DNA of 64,000 bases, from positions 2,080,001-2,144,000 of the forward strand of contig OZ242326.1 of the NCBI GenBank assembly GCA_965208325.1. Direction: 5' to 3'. Both the position numbers and the translations under genes were made by a program. The notes beneath the pieces were generated by a model that did no database searches, was not told the DNA's origin, and was given only the letters and a program-made list of their open reading frames with translations. This stretch comes from Candidatus Poribacteria bacterium (GTDB taxonomy: Bacteria > Poribacteria > WGA-4E > PCPOR2b). The number at the start of each line of letters is the position of its first letter. The stretch's first letter is position 1. Shown one piece after another: positions 50,632 to 60,139 of the stretch.

Positions 50632-50657
50632 ATCGAGGCTAGGAAGCCTCTCCCACA
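50632..50657 (-). repeat. Single REP-like palindrome (GTGGGAG foot)
   Basis: Minus strand TGTGGGAGAGGCTTCCTAGCCTCGAT: GAGGCT/AGCCTC stem after a GTGG tetranucleotide. Confidence 0.55.
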
Positions 50658-50730
50658 AAACAATTGGTAAGCGCATAATTTTTAGTCGTAATGGCTATAG
50701 TACAGCTTTGACAAATTTCTTGGTGGACAA

Positions 50731-51021
50731 ATGAACAAAGATTAAGTTTTGAAGGTACTCCGGGCGCACAAATCGATTCTTACGCAACGCTTTGGCGTAA
50801 CAAACCTCGCCGTATTCGGCTCAGCCGCGCGTGACGAGATGTCCTCCGACAGTGACATTGACATCTTGGTTCGATTCGACCGGCCGGGGACCTCAAAAGC
50901 CTACTTCGGCGTGCAATTTTACTTGGAGGACCTGCTGGGGCATCCAGTCGATCTGGTCACTGACAAGGCGTTGCGGGTTGAGCTACGCCCTCATGTTGAG
51001 CAGGAGGCTATTGATGTGTAG
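50731..51021 (+). pseudogene. Minimal nucleotidyltransferase (MNT antitoxin-type) with a stop at codon 5 (could restart at TTG 50749)
   Basis: ATG AAC AAA GAT TAA GTT TTG AAG (MNKD*VLK...); FGSAARDE..SDIDILV, LEDLLG.PVDLV. No HEPN ORF follows. Confidence 0.7.
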
Positions 51022-51104
51022 GTTCGGCGCGAAACCCCACGGCGGACGTTCTTTCTTTTAGAACACAATCGTATTCACGATAGGGAATCTATTTGTAGAT
51101 TAGA

Positions 51105-51230
51105 AATCAGCATCAAATGAACTTTTTGGTTACCAAATGACATGACGGATAAATCACATTTGCTGCTAACAGATGCGCAACAAATTCGTTTGTTGCGCAC
51201 AAAATGAAAAATATGCACGACAAAACTCTC
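51105..51230. repeat. Fragment (3-4 units) of the palindromic array found at 52.6-53.5 kb
   Basis: ...TTTGCTGCTA-ACAGA-TGCGCAACAAA TTCG TTTGTTGCGCA-CAAAATGAAAAATA-TGCACGACAAA. Confidence 0.85.
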
Positions 51231-51240
51231 TTTTTCACAT

Positions 51241-51422
51241 AGGAATTACGCACTTCAGTGATGAACAACAATCGTTGCTCTCTGCCAAAAGGTAGTAGGT
51301 ATACGCCGTATGCCGTAACCCTCGTTCCGATGCTTTCATCTGGTTTCATAGCAATACGTACATGTAACGGCACACGGAGTGTGCCTACTACTATGGTTTG
51401 AGCGTTCAACTAAGTAAGTGCT
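51241..51422 (-). mobile_element. MITE-like element, family B copy 2, carrying a REPIN-like inverted REP pair
   Basis: Ends AGGAATTACG...GTAAGTGCT; inverted pair GTAGTAGGTATACGCCGTATGCCGT (51292-51316) and ACGGCACACGGAGTGTGCCTACTAC (51367-51391). Confidence 0.6.
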
Positions 51423-51469
51423 CTACCTAATCACGTTCCACTAAACCAAATATCAATGACAATTTTATA

Positions 51470-52582
51470 ATGCCACCTGTTGATTATCATTACGGCCAAT
51501 TTCCTCCAGAGAATCTAGATTGGCTCCAACTCGTCCCGTATATCGGTCCAGCATCGCGTGCGCTAGGCGATTTCAGGTGGTTACTCAACGCCATACCCAA
51601 TGCCGATGTTCTGCTGGCGCCGTTGTCGGCTCACGAAGCCGTGCTATCCAGCCGAATTGAGGGGACGCAAGTGACTCTGGGGGAAGTTCTGGAATTCGAG
51701 GCTGACAACGGACGTCATCAGCCTCCGGAGCGCCGCCATGAGATTCGGGAGGTGTACAACTATCGTCTCGCCATACACCAAGCCACTGAACTGCTGGAGG
51801 AGCTGCCGCTTTGCGGTCGGCTACTTAAGAAGGTGCATGCCATATTGATGGAGGACGTGCGCGGCAAGCACAGACAATCAGGTGAGTTTAAATCAACGCC
51901 AAACTTCATTGGTCGGCCAGGCTGTACGGTAGAAACCGCCAAATTCCTCCCTTGCACACCGGACAAGCTGCCCGATGGGTTGACCGCGTGGGAAAAGTTT
52001 CTTCACAACGATTATCCAGACCGCCTTGTTCAGCTTGCGGTGGCGCATGCAGAATTTGAAGCGCTCCACCCGTTCTACGACGGTAACGGACGCCTCGGGC
52101 GTATGTTAATGCCTCTTTTTCTTTACGAGCGGGAACTATTGAACTACCCGTCATTTTATATGAGCGAATACCTCGAAGCCCATCGAGAAGAATACTACGA
52201 GCGGCTATTGGCAGTTTCACGTGATGACGACTGGACCGGTTGGTGCCGCTTTTTCCTTCAAGCACTTGAAAAGCAGGCGGAGGAAAACACGCGAAAAGCA
52301 AAAGCTATCCTCAATCTTTACGATGAACGGAAACGTTGGATTATTGAGAATACTCGTTCACAATACGCGGTCCCTTCTTTGGACTTCATTTTCCGCCAAC
52401 CTATTTTCCGGTCACCGGATTTCGGAAAAGATCAAGGGGTACCCCGTCACTCTGCTCGGCGCATTTTGGGTGAGATTCGAAACGAATTGTTTATTGAATG
52501 GTTACCACCATCAGGTTCGCGACCGGCAATCTTCGCCTACAAAGAACTACTTGACATTGTAGAACAGAAACGCACATTTTAG
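51470..52582 (+). CDS. Fic family protein with N-terminal Fic_N/DUF4172 region
   Basis: EAVLSSRIEGT (SxxxEG inhibitory-type motif) and HPFYDGNGRLGR. Confidence 0.93.
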   Translation: MPPVDYHYGQFPPENLDWLQLVPYIGPASRALGDFRWLLNAIPNADVLLAPLSAHEAVLSSRIEGTQVTLGEVLEFEADNGRHQPPERRHEIREVYNYRLAIHQATELLEELPLCGRLLKKVHAILMEDVRGKHRQSGEFKSTPNFIGRPGCTVETAKFLPCTPDKLPDGLTAWEKFLHNDYPDRLVQLAVAHAEFEALHPFYDGNGRLGRMLMPLFLYERELLNYPSFYMSEYLEAHREEYYERLLAVSRDDDWTGWCRFFLQALEKQAEENTRKAKAILNLYDERKRWIIENTRSQYAVPSLDFIFRQPIFRSPDFGKDQGVPRHSARRILGEIRNELFIEWLPPSGSRPAIFAYKELLDIVEQKRTF

Positions 52583-52636
52583 TGGTTTGCATGTGAGTAA
52601 GGTGTGGCACTTGACAATCGCAATACGGATAAAAAC

Positions 52637-53520
52637 GAGCAATGAATCGCTTTGTTGCTAATGAATCGAGAAATACTAGCAACAAATCACTTTGTTACTA
52701 ACAGATGCACAACAAATCCGTTTGTTGCTAACGAATCGAGAAATATTAGCAACAAATCACTTTGTTGCTAACAGATGCACAACAAATCCGTTTGTTGCTA
52801 ACGAATCGAGAAATATTAGCAACAAATCACTTTGTTGCTAACAGACGCACAACAGTTTCGCTTGTCGGACACAAAACGGGAAATATGACCGACAAATGGA
52901 TTTGTTGGTCACAGGTGTCCAACAAATCTGTTTGCCGGACACGAATTGGAAAATATGACCGACAAATTGCGTTACCTGCTTATGTATGAGCAGCATATGC
53001 TTTTTGTTGCTCACAAAACCCAATATATGAGCAACAAATGGATTTGTGGTGCACAGATGCACAACAAATTGGATTGTTGGACACAAATCGGGAAAAATGT
53101 CCTACAATTGTTTATCGGCCACAGATGTCCAACAAATCTGTTTGCCGGACATGAAACGGAAAACATGACCGACAATTCACGTTACCTGCCCATGTATGAG
53201 CAGCAAATCACGTTTGTCGCTCACAAAACCCAATATATGAGCAGCAAATCACTTTGTTGCTAAAAGACGCACAACAGTTTCGCTTGTTGGACAAAAATCG
53301 GGAAATATGTCCGACAAATTAATTTGTCGGTCACAGATGTCCAACAAATCTGTTTGTCGGACACGAATTGGAAAATATGACCGGCAAATTGCGTTACCTG
53401 CTCATGTATGAGTAGCACATCACGTTTGTCGCTCACAAAAGCCAATATTTGAGCAACAAATCACTTTATTACTAACAGATGCACAACAAATTCGTTTGTC
53501 GAACAAAAATCGGGAAAAAT
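52637..53520. repeat. Non-coding hierarchical array of about 25 palindromic units
   Basis: Units such as TAGCAACAAA-TCAC-TTTGTTGCTA, TGACCGACAAA-TGGA-TTTGTTGGTCA and TGTCCAACAAA-TCTG-TTTGTCGGACA; starts alternate about 30 and 40 bp apart. Confidence 0.93.
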
Positions 53521-53651
53521 GTTAAAATATTCCGCTTTTCAACTAACCGCTGACCTCTCTGTCCGATCGATTGATCCTTCGCGCTTCGTTGGGTTGATTA
53601 CTTATCAGGGGGTATCTGAACGCATGTAAATATAATTTTAAATGTATAAAA

Positions 53652-53686
53652 CCACTAGCCACTGACCACTGGTCACTGGCAACTGT
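53652..53686. repeat. Heptamer tandem repeat (5 imperfect units)
   Basis: CCACTAG CCACTGA CCACTGG TCACTGG CAACTGT. Confidence 0.75.
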
Positions 53687-53709
53687 TTCTTAATAAGGAG
53701 AGTTTCTTA

Positions 53710-56196
53710 ATGAAAATAACCCTGAAGTTAGTAATCATCTTACTAGCCGTATCTTCAATAACGGCGTCTGCTCAAGAATTCTCGCAATGGAACTTACCGG
53801 AGGGTGCGAAACAACGCCTCGGCAAGGGATGGATACGAGATATTCAGTATTCTCCTACTCGCCCGCATCTCGCGGTTGCAGGTTCAATCGGGATTTGGAT
53901 ATATGACACTACGACCAACCGCGAGATTGATTTGTTGACCGGGCACACGCGAACGGTCAATGCGATAGCGTATTCTCCGGATGGCAACTTGATAGCAAGT
54001 GGGAGCAGCGACGACTCCATCCGGATCTGGGACGCGGTCACTGGCGATGAAATTAGTGCCATCACCGATTTGGACGATACTGTTTGGACTTTGGCTTTTA
54101 GTGAGGATGGCGCAACGCTTGCCAGCGGGAGTAACGATTATTTAATTCGTATTTGGGATGTTAACTCAGGCGAGGAACTTAAAAAGTTGAACGGACATAC
54201 CGATTGGGTAAATAGTGTGGCTTTCAGTCCGACACACAATGTCCTCGCAAGTGGAAGCTGGGATCATACTGTTCGTTTGTGGGATTTGGACACAGGCGAG
54301 GAAATCCGAACCTTCCCCCCGCATTCATCTTTGGTGCGGTCTGTGGCTTTCAGCCCCGATGGGAACATGCTCGCCAGTTCGGATTTTGACGCCGTAATCC
54401 GCTTGTGGGATGTTGAAGCTGGAACAGAAATCAGAACATTCAGGGGCCACACTTCGGATGTTTTCGACATCGCCTTCTCGCTGGACGGCAAGACACTCGC
54501 GAGCGCTAGCGAGGACGACACCATTCGGTTGTGGAATACCGAAACGGGCGAAACCGTCAAGACAATCACCGGACATACGGCTGATGTCTACAGCATTGTA
54601 TACAGTCATGACGGCAAGACGCTAGCCAGCGGCGGATATGACGCTACCATTAAATTTTGGGATGCCGAGACCGGAGACGAGATTAGCAGCATCACAGGGC
54701 ACACGGATCTTGTTTTGAGCGTGGTTTTCACGCCTGACGGCCGCACGCTAGTCGGAAGGAGCTGGGACAAAACCGTGCGCCTCTGGAACACTGAAACGGG
54801 TCAGCTTGATAATGTGCTGATAGGGCATACGGATGATGTAGATGTGGTCGTGTTCAGTCCTGACGGCGGTAAAATTGCGAGCGGCAGCCAAGATGACACC
54901 GTACGTGTATGGAATGCGAACACCGGAGAACTTCTGAGAACGCTGGTTGGACACTGGGCTTACCTGATTAGTTTAGCCTTCAGTCCCGACGGGAGTATAC
55001 TGGCAAGCGGCAGCGAGGACGATGTCGTTCGATTATGGCATACGAACACAGGCCTGCGATTGGATTTTCTTTACGGCCACGCGGCTGGCGTTGAGAGCAT
55101 TGCTTTTCATCCCGATGGGGAGATTCTCGCCAGCGGCAGCCGCGACGACACGATTCGAATATGGGATGTCGCTAGTGGTAGAACACAGATCCGCATTGAG
55201 GAACATGACGGAGATGTACTAAGCGTCGATTTCAATTTTGACGGTTCATTGCTCGCCAGCGGCAGCCAAGACCGAACCATCAGGCTGTGGAATCCTACAA
55301 CGGGCGATGCGATTCGGACACTAAACGGGCACGAGAGCGGCGTCCGAACCCTTAAGTTTAGCCCAGATGGACGCACGATTGCCAGCGGGAGCCGGGATAA
55401 CACCGTTCGTGTGTGGAACGCCGCTACAGGCGAACTTATGAACACGTTTGCCGGACATACGGCTGGTGTTAGGAGCGTTGCTTTCAGCCCTGACGGCAGC
55501 ACAATCGCCAGTGGAGGATGGGACGGCACGGTGTTGATTTGGGACGCGCCGATACTGCCTCCGGAGGTTATCGAAGAGCCGCTGGCCGCGGATTTAGACG
55601 GAGATGGAACAGTCGATATAGCCGACCTCGTGCTGGTCGCTTCAGCCTTTGGCGAATCAGGGGAGAACCTAACAGCCGATGTGAATGGAGACGGGGAAGT
55701 TGACATAGCGGACCTAGTAGCGGTTGCTGGCGCTTTCGGAACGGAGATTGCCGCATCACCGGCTCGTCACGATATTACAGCGGTGCTGAACGAAGCGGAC
55801 GTTAGGGAGTGGCTTTTGCAAGCTCAGCAGTTAGGGCTAACTGATTCGAATTCGCAGAGAGGCATTCTCTTCTTGGAACAACTCCTCTTAGCGTTCCGAC
55901 CATCCGAAACAGCGTTGTTGGCGAACTATCCAAATCCGTTCAATCCGGAAACATGGATTCCGTATCACCTTGCCGAAGACGCCGATGTGCAGGTTACAAT
56001 TTATGACACGAACGGCAAGTTAGTCAGGCGAATAGATTTGGGAGTTCAACCTGCGGGCTACTACACCGAACAACGCCTTGCAGCATATTGGGATGGCCAT
56101 AATCAGCGGGGCGAGGCCGTAGCAAGCGGTGTGTATTTCTATACCTTGTCCACCGCGGGTTATGTGGAAACGAGGAAAATGACGATACAGAAATAG
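53710..56196 (+). CDS. Secreted 14-blade WD40 protein with dockerin-like EF-hand pair and C-terminal FlgD-Ig/T9SS-CTD-like domain
   Basis: Signal peptide; GH...V..VAFSPDG..LASGS.D.TIRLWD repeats; ADLDGDGTVDIADLVLVA twice; ANYPNPFNPETWIPY...TRKMTIQK. Confidence 0.92.
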   Translation: MKITLKLVIILLAVSSITASAQEFSQWNLPEGAKQRLGKGWIRDIQYSPTRPHLAVAGSIGIWIYDTTTNREIDLLTGHTRTVNAIAYSPDGNLIASGSSDDSIRIWDAVTGDEISAITDLDDTVWTLAFSEDGATLASGSNDYLIRIWDVNSGEELKKLNGHTDWVNSVAFSPTHNVLASGSWDHTVRLWDLDTGEEIRTFPPHSSLVRSVAFSPDGNMLASSDFDAVIRLWDVEAGTEIRTFRGHTSDVFDIAFSLDGKTLASASEDDTIRLWNTETGETVKTITGHTADVYSIVYSHDGKTLASGGYDATIKFWDAETGDEISSITGHTDLVLSVVFTPDGRTLVGRSWDKTVRLWNTETGQLDNVLIGHTDDVDVVVFSPDGGKIASGSQDDTVRVWNANTGELLRTLVGHWAYLISLAFSPDGSILASGSEDDVVRLWHTNTGLRLDFLYGHAAGVESIAFHPDGEILASGSRDDTIRIWDVASGRTQIRIEEHDGDVLSVDFNFDGSLLASGSQDRTIRLWNPTTGDAIRTLNGHESGVRTLKFSPDGRTIASGSRDNTVRVWNAATGELMNTFAGHTAGVRSVAFSPDGSTIASGGWDGTVLIWDAPILPPEVIEEPLAADLDGDGTVDIADLVLVASAFGESGENLTADVNGDGEVDIADLVAVAGAFGTEIAASPARHDITAVLNEADVREWLLQAQQLGLTDSNSQRGILFLEQLLLAFRPSETALLANYPNPFNPETWIPYHLAEDADVQVTIYDTNGKLVRRIDLGVQPAGYYTEQRLAAYWDGHNQRGEAVASGVYFYTLSTAGYVETRKMTIQK

Positions 56197-56264
56197 GCTT
56201 AAGTATGCAAACCCTTACACGCAAATGTACGCAACACACGATACCATTTATGGAGAATTCTAGT

Positions 56265-59018
56265 ATGAAAATAGTTTCGACGATATTTTTCCTTTTCTTT
56301 GCAATTTCACTGCACTGCCTTGCACAAGACCCTTCACAGTGGGATTTGCCCGAAGACGCCAGAGAGCGCGTCGGCAAAGGTTGGATTACGGAAATTCAGT
56401 ATTCGCCGGATGGCTCTCGTCTAGCGGTAGCGAGCTCTATCGGCATTTGGATTTACGATACCGAGACGCTTAAAGAGGTTTCGTTGCTCTCCGCGCACAC
56501 GGAGGAGGTCACCGCACTGGCATATTCCATTGATGGGAGTATACTCGCCAGCGGGAGTTGGGATAGGACCATACGGTTGTGGGATCCTGAAACTGGCGAG
56601 GTGCTGCAAACCCTCGAAGGGCATTGGAGTGGAATTCGCAGCATAGACATTAACTCTGATGTGACCACGCTTGTCAGCGCGAGTTACGACCGGACGGTTC
56701 GGCTTTGGGATATTGAGACGGGCGATGAGATTCGGATTCTCTGGGGGCATCGAGACCGTGTCAATACTGTGGCATTCAGTCCGGATGGCACTAAGATCGC
56801 CACCGGGAGTTGGGACCAAACGGCGCGTTTGTGGGATGCCGCCACAGGAGACCAACTCCAAATCATCACTGCGCACAGGTCGCTGGTTCAAGCGGTAGCG
56901 TTCAGTCCAGACGGGGAGACGCTTGCCACGGGAGATTACAACGGTGAGATTCACCTCTGGGACATTGCGACAGAGACACAGACTGCGGTTCTCACTGATC
57001 ATACATCCCTTATCTTTGACCTCGCCTTTTCTCCGCTAGACAGCGGCACACTGGCAAGTGTAAGTGAAGACGACACTATCCGCCTGTGGGACACGGAGGC
57101 AGGTACGCTCAAGAAGACGATTACCGAGCATACCGCCGATGTGATTAGAGTTGTTTTTAGTCCTGACGGCGGTACAATCGCCAGCGGCGCTTGGGATGCG
57201 ACTGTTCGTTTTTGGGACGCGGAGACAGGTTCACACCTAAATACAATAACCGGACATGCGGATGTTGTTTTGAGCGTTAGTTTCAGACCGGACGGTCGTG
57301 CGCTTGTTGGGCGAAGTTGGGACTCTACAATTCGGATATGGAACACGGAAACGGGAAAACTCGATCATGTCTTGTTTGGGCATACGGACGATGTAGGTAT
57401 TGTGGTCTTCAGTCCGGATGGGCGCACACTGGCTAGCGGCAGCGAAGACCACACAGTCCGTTTATGGGACGTTGAAACCGGGGCGCACTTGAAAACTCTC
57501 GTCGGGCACAGAGCTTATCTAATTACCCTCGCATTCAACGCCGATGGAACCATGCTTGCCAGCGGCAGCGAAGATGATGATATCCGCTTGTGGGATGTAG
57601 CATCCGGAGCGCGGCTGCGAACACTCATCGGACATACGACAGGGGTGGAGGGACTAGCTTTTAGCCCCGATGGCCGCACGCTCGCGAGCGCAAGCCGAGA
57701 CAATTCTGTCCGTTTATGGGATGTCGAAAACGGCAAGGAATTGCACAAACTTCTGGGACATCGCGGTGATGCGATTACCGTTGCTTTCAGTCCTGACGGA
57801 AACACGGTGGCGAGCGGCGGTTGGGACGCTGTCATCCGTTTGTGGGACGTTTCGACCGGCGAGTTGCGGGAATCCGTCGAGTCGTTTCACACCGGCATTA
57901 AGAGCATAACGTACAGTCCGGATGGTGAGAAGATTGCGACCGGAAGTTGGGATAATACTGTACGCCTTTGGGATACTAAAACGCTTGCACGTATCAAGAC
58001 CTTGCATGGACACAAGTCGTTCGTCTATAGCGTCGCATTCAATGGGGACGGCAGCGTAATTGGCAGCGGCGGGGTTGATGGTACGTTATTGCTGTGGGAG
58101 ACGCCGCCGTTACCCCCAATCTACGTCAAGACGCTAGCACAGGGATTGAACATGATTTCCCTGCCGCTAATGCCAGAAGACCCGATTTCTGCCCGTGCAC
58201 TCGCTCAGATGGCGAATGCCACCGCTGTTATTCGATTCGATAGGGAGACTCAGGGCTTCATAGCATTCACGGATGATGAGCGCGGGTCGGGCTTCCCGAT
58301 TGAAGGCGGCGAGGCTTATATCGTCAACACGCCGGATGGCGGTTCAGTGGCATTCTCCGGTGAGGCGTGGGAGAACGAACCCGCTGCAGCACCGCCGGTC
58401 AGTCCTTTTAGAGAAGCTTGGGCATTCATCGTGGCTAGCGATTTGAAAAATGCCGTGGCTGATACCAACTATACGGTAATTGCCGAGAATCTGCGTACCG
58501 GTGTTGTTGTAACTGACGAAATCGCCCCGAACAAAACACGTGTTGCTGCTGTTTGGGCCGATCTCAATCGGAATAGTGTGGTGCGAGCAGGTGATAAGCT
58601 GGACATCACAGTGATTGATGACGGAGGGAACACTGTTTCTGGCCCGCACCGCTACACGGTCGACGTTGCCGACATCCGCAAAGCTTACATTCGCCTGCCG
58701 CTAGTTGTTGGTGACATACGTCCGGTGCAGACGCTGCTCGCGCAGAATTTTCCCAATCCGTTCAACCCAGAGACGTGGCTGCCCTTCCAGCTTAGTCAAC
58801 CTGGCCTTGCCGCCATACAGATATACGATGCGTCTGGGCGCCTCATAAGGACACTTGACCTTGGCGCAAAACCGGCGGGATACTACATGACACGATCCAA
58901 AGCTGCATATTGGGATGGCCGCAACAGTTCCGGTGAACGTGTTGCCTCCGGCAGCTATTTCTACACGCTTGAGACGGACGAATTTTCCGCGACGCGTAAG
59001 ATGTTGATAGCTAAATAG
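56265..59018 (+). CDS. Secreted 14-blade WD40 paralog with an uncharacterised middle region and the same C-terminal domain
   Basis: WD40 repeats; GLNMISLPLMP region in place of dockerin; QNFPNPFNPETWLPF...TRKMLIAK. Confidence 0.92.
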   Translation: MKIVSTIFFLFFAISLHCLAQDPSQWDLPEDARERVGKGWITEIQYSPDGSRLAVASSIGIWIYDTETLKEVSLLSAHTEEVTALAYSIDGSILASGSWDRTIRLWDPETGEVLQTLEGHWSGIRSIDINSDVTTLVSASYDRTVRLWDIETGDEIRILWGHRDRVNTVAFSPDGTKIATGSWDQTARLWDAATGDQLQIITAHRSLVQAVAFSPDGETLATGDYNGEIHLWDIATETQTAVLTDHTSLIFDLAFSPLDSGTLASVSEDDTIRLWDTEAGTLKKTITEHTADVIRVVFSPDGGTIASGAWDATVRFWDAETGSHLNTITGHADVVLSVSFRPDGRALVGRSWDSTIRIWNTETGKLDHVLFGHTDDVGIVVFSPDGRTLASGSEDHTVRLWDVETGAHLKTLVGHRAYLITLAFNADGTMLASGSEDDDIRLWDVASGARLRTLIGHTTGVEGLAFSPDGRTLASASRDNSVRLWDVENGKELHKLLGHRGDAITVAFSPDGNTVASGGWDAVIRLWDVSTGELRESVESFHTGIKSITYSPDGEKIATGSWDNTVRLWDTKTLARIKTLHGHKSFVYSVAFNGDGSVIGSGGVDGTLLLWETPPLPPIYVKTLAQGLNMISLPLMPEDPISARALAQMANATAVIRFDRETQGFIAFTDDERGSGFPIEGGEAYIVNTPDGGSVAFSGEAWENEPAAAPPVSPFREAWAFIVASDLKNAVADTNYTVIAENLRTGVVVTDEIAPNKTRVAAVWADLNRNSVVRAGDKLDITVIDDGGNTVSGPHRYTVDVADIRKAYIRLPLVVGDIRPVQTLLAQNFPNPFNPETWLPFQLSQPGLAAIQIYDASGRLIRTLDLGAKPAGYYMTRSKAAYWDGRNSSGERVASGSYFYTLETDEFSATRKMLIAK

Positions 59019-59150
59019 TATCAAATGACCGGATGACTGCCGCCCGCGCTGTCATTCATTGTAGCAGGTAGATGCGAACGCTGTATTGTTTCGTGGCTTG
59101 ATTTTGACCTCCATGAGTCGATTGTAACTGATAGTGATGCCATGTCCTTA

Positions 59151-59372
59151 GCGCATGTTTGAATAATTAGGTGACAAAACCATTCTTGGGCGTTTGAGTT
59201 GGTAGAACTGGTGGAAATTCTATCGCACGGGATTTACTATCGCCTTCGCAATTCGCTCAGTTGATTCTATTCGGCCGCTTAACTCCACTAAATACCTTAC
59301 TCCTGAATTGGGCGGGGGAAGATGCCCCGCCTACGGAGGGAGGTTGTATAAAATGAATTTTCAAACACGTTC
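59151..59372 (+). mobile_element. MITE-like composite repeat, family A copy 4, with TTA target duplication
   Basis: tta|GCGCATGTTTGAA...TTCAAACACGTTC|tta; REP at 59312-59334. Confidence 0.82.
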
Positions 59373-59488
59373 TTATAGTTTAGCTCATGGAGTCATTTGA
59401 TACATAACGAATGACAAATATTACGGCAATCTCTGTACGGATAATTGAGCCAATTCACTTAATCTTCAAAATAGGAGATTCTTTATAA

Positions 59489-59989
59489 ATGCCAACTCCA
59501 AGTGCACCTATGCCAAGCATGACTTGGCTGTACTTTGTGTTAATTACCGTCTTATGTTGGGGGCTGTACGGTGTTTTGCTTCATACGGGCCAGATGTCTA
59601 TGGGAGACCCGGTCCATGGGCGTTACAAATCATTTCTCTTCGTTGGGAGCGCTTATTTGCTGATAGCGGTTTTGGCGCCAACCATCATGTTAATCGCCAA
59701 CGGCGCGTCATGGAGTTTTCCTGTAAAGGGCATACTCTGGTCAACCCTTGCGGGTACTGTTGGGGCGGTGGGGGCATTCTGCGTACTATTGGCGTTTGGG
59801 GCGAAGGGTGTGCCGAGCGTAGTCATGTCGATTATTTTTGCCGGTGCGCCGATTGTCAATGCGATTGTGGCGATGGTGATGCACCCACCCGCCGGCGGTT
59901 TAAGTTCGCTGCGTTGGCCTTTTGTGCTAGGCATCCTGTGTGCAGCGCTCGGCGGTTGCCTCGTGACCCTTTTTAGACCCGGGTCGTAG
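59489..59989 (+). CDS. Small multi-pass membrane protein (EamA/DMT-like)
   Basis: About five hydrophobic helices; CWGLYG, VMSIIFAGAPIVNA. Confidence 0.75.
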   Translation: MPTPSAPMPSMTWLYFVLITVLCWGLYGVLLHTGQMSMGDPVHGRYKSFLFVGSAYLLIAVLAPTIMLIANGASWSFPVKGILWSTLAGTVGAVGAFCVLLAFGAKGVPSVVMSIIFAGAPIVNAIVAMVMHPPAGGLSSLRWPFVLGILCAALGGCLVTLFRPGS

Positions 59990-60139
59990 GTTTTCATTTG
60001 ACCGAGTGGGAAGTAAAATAGTTTTCACTGACAGAATACTTACCGCCATAGCCGCTGAAAGCTATTGGAACCGCTACTTGCTCTTTTGAACCTTCCTTAT
60101 TCAATCTGTTAATCATATCAGAATGATACCTACCGTTCT

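Noticed and set aside
52762..53445. Short ORFs within the array as real repeat proteins
   Set aside because: The 70-bp period shifts frame, stops are frequent, and the conservation follows DNA symmetry rather than codons.
52637..53520. CRISPR array
   Set aside because: The spacers are only about 4-16 bp and are themselves repeated, the repeats vary, and no cas genes are present.
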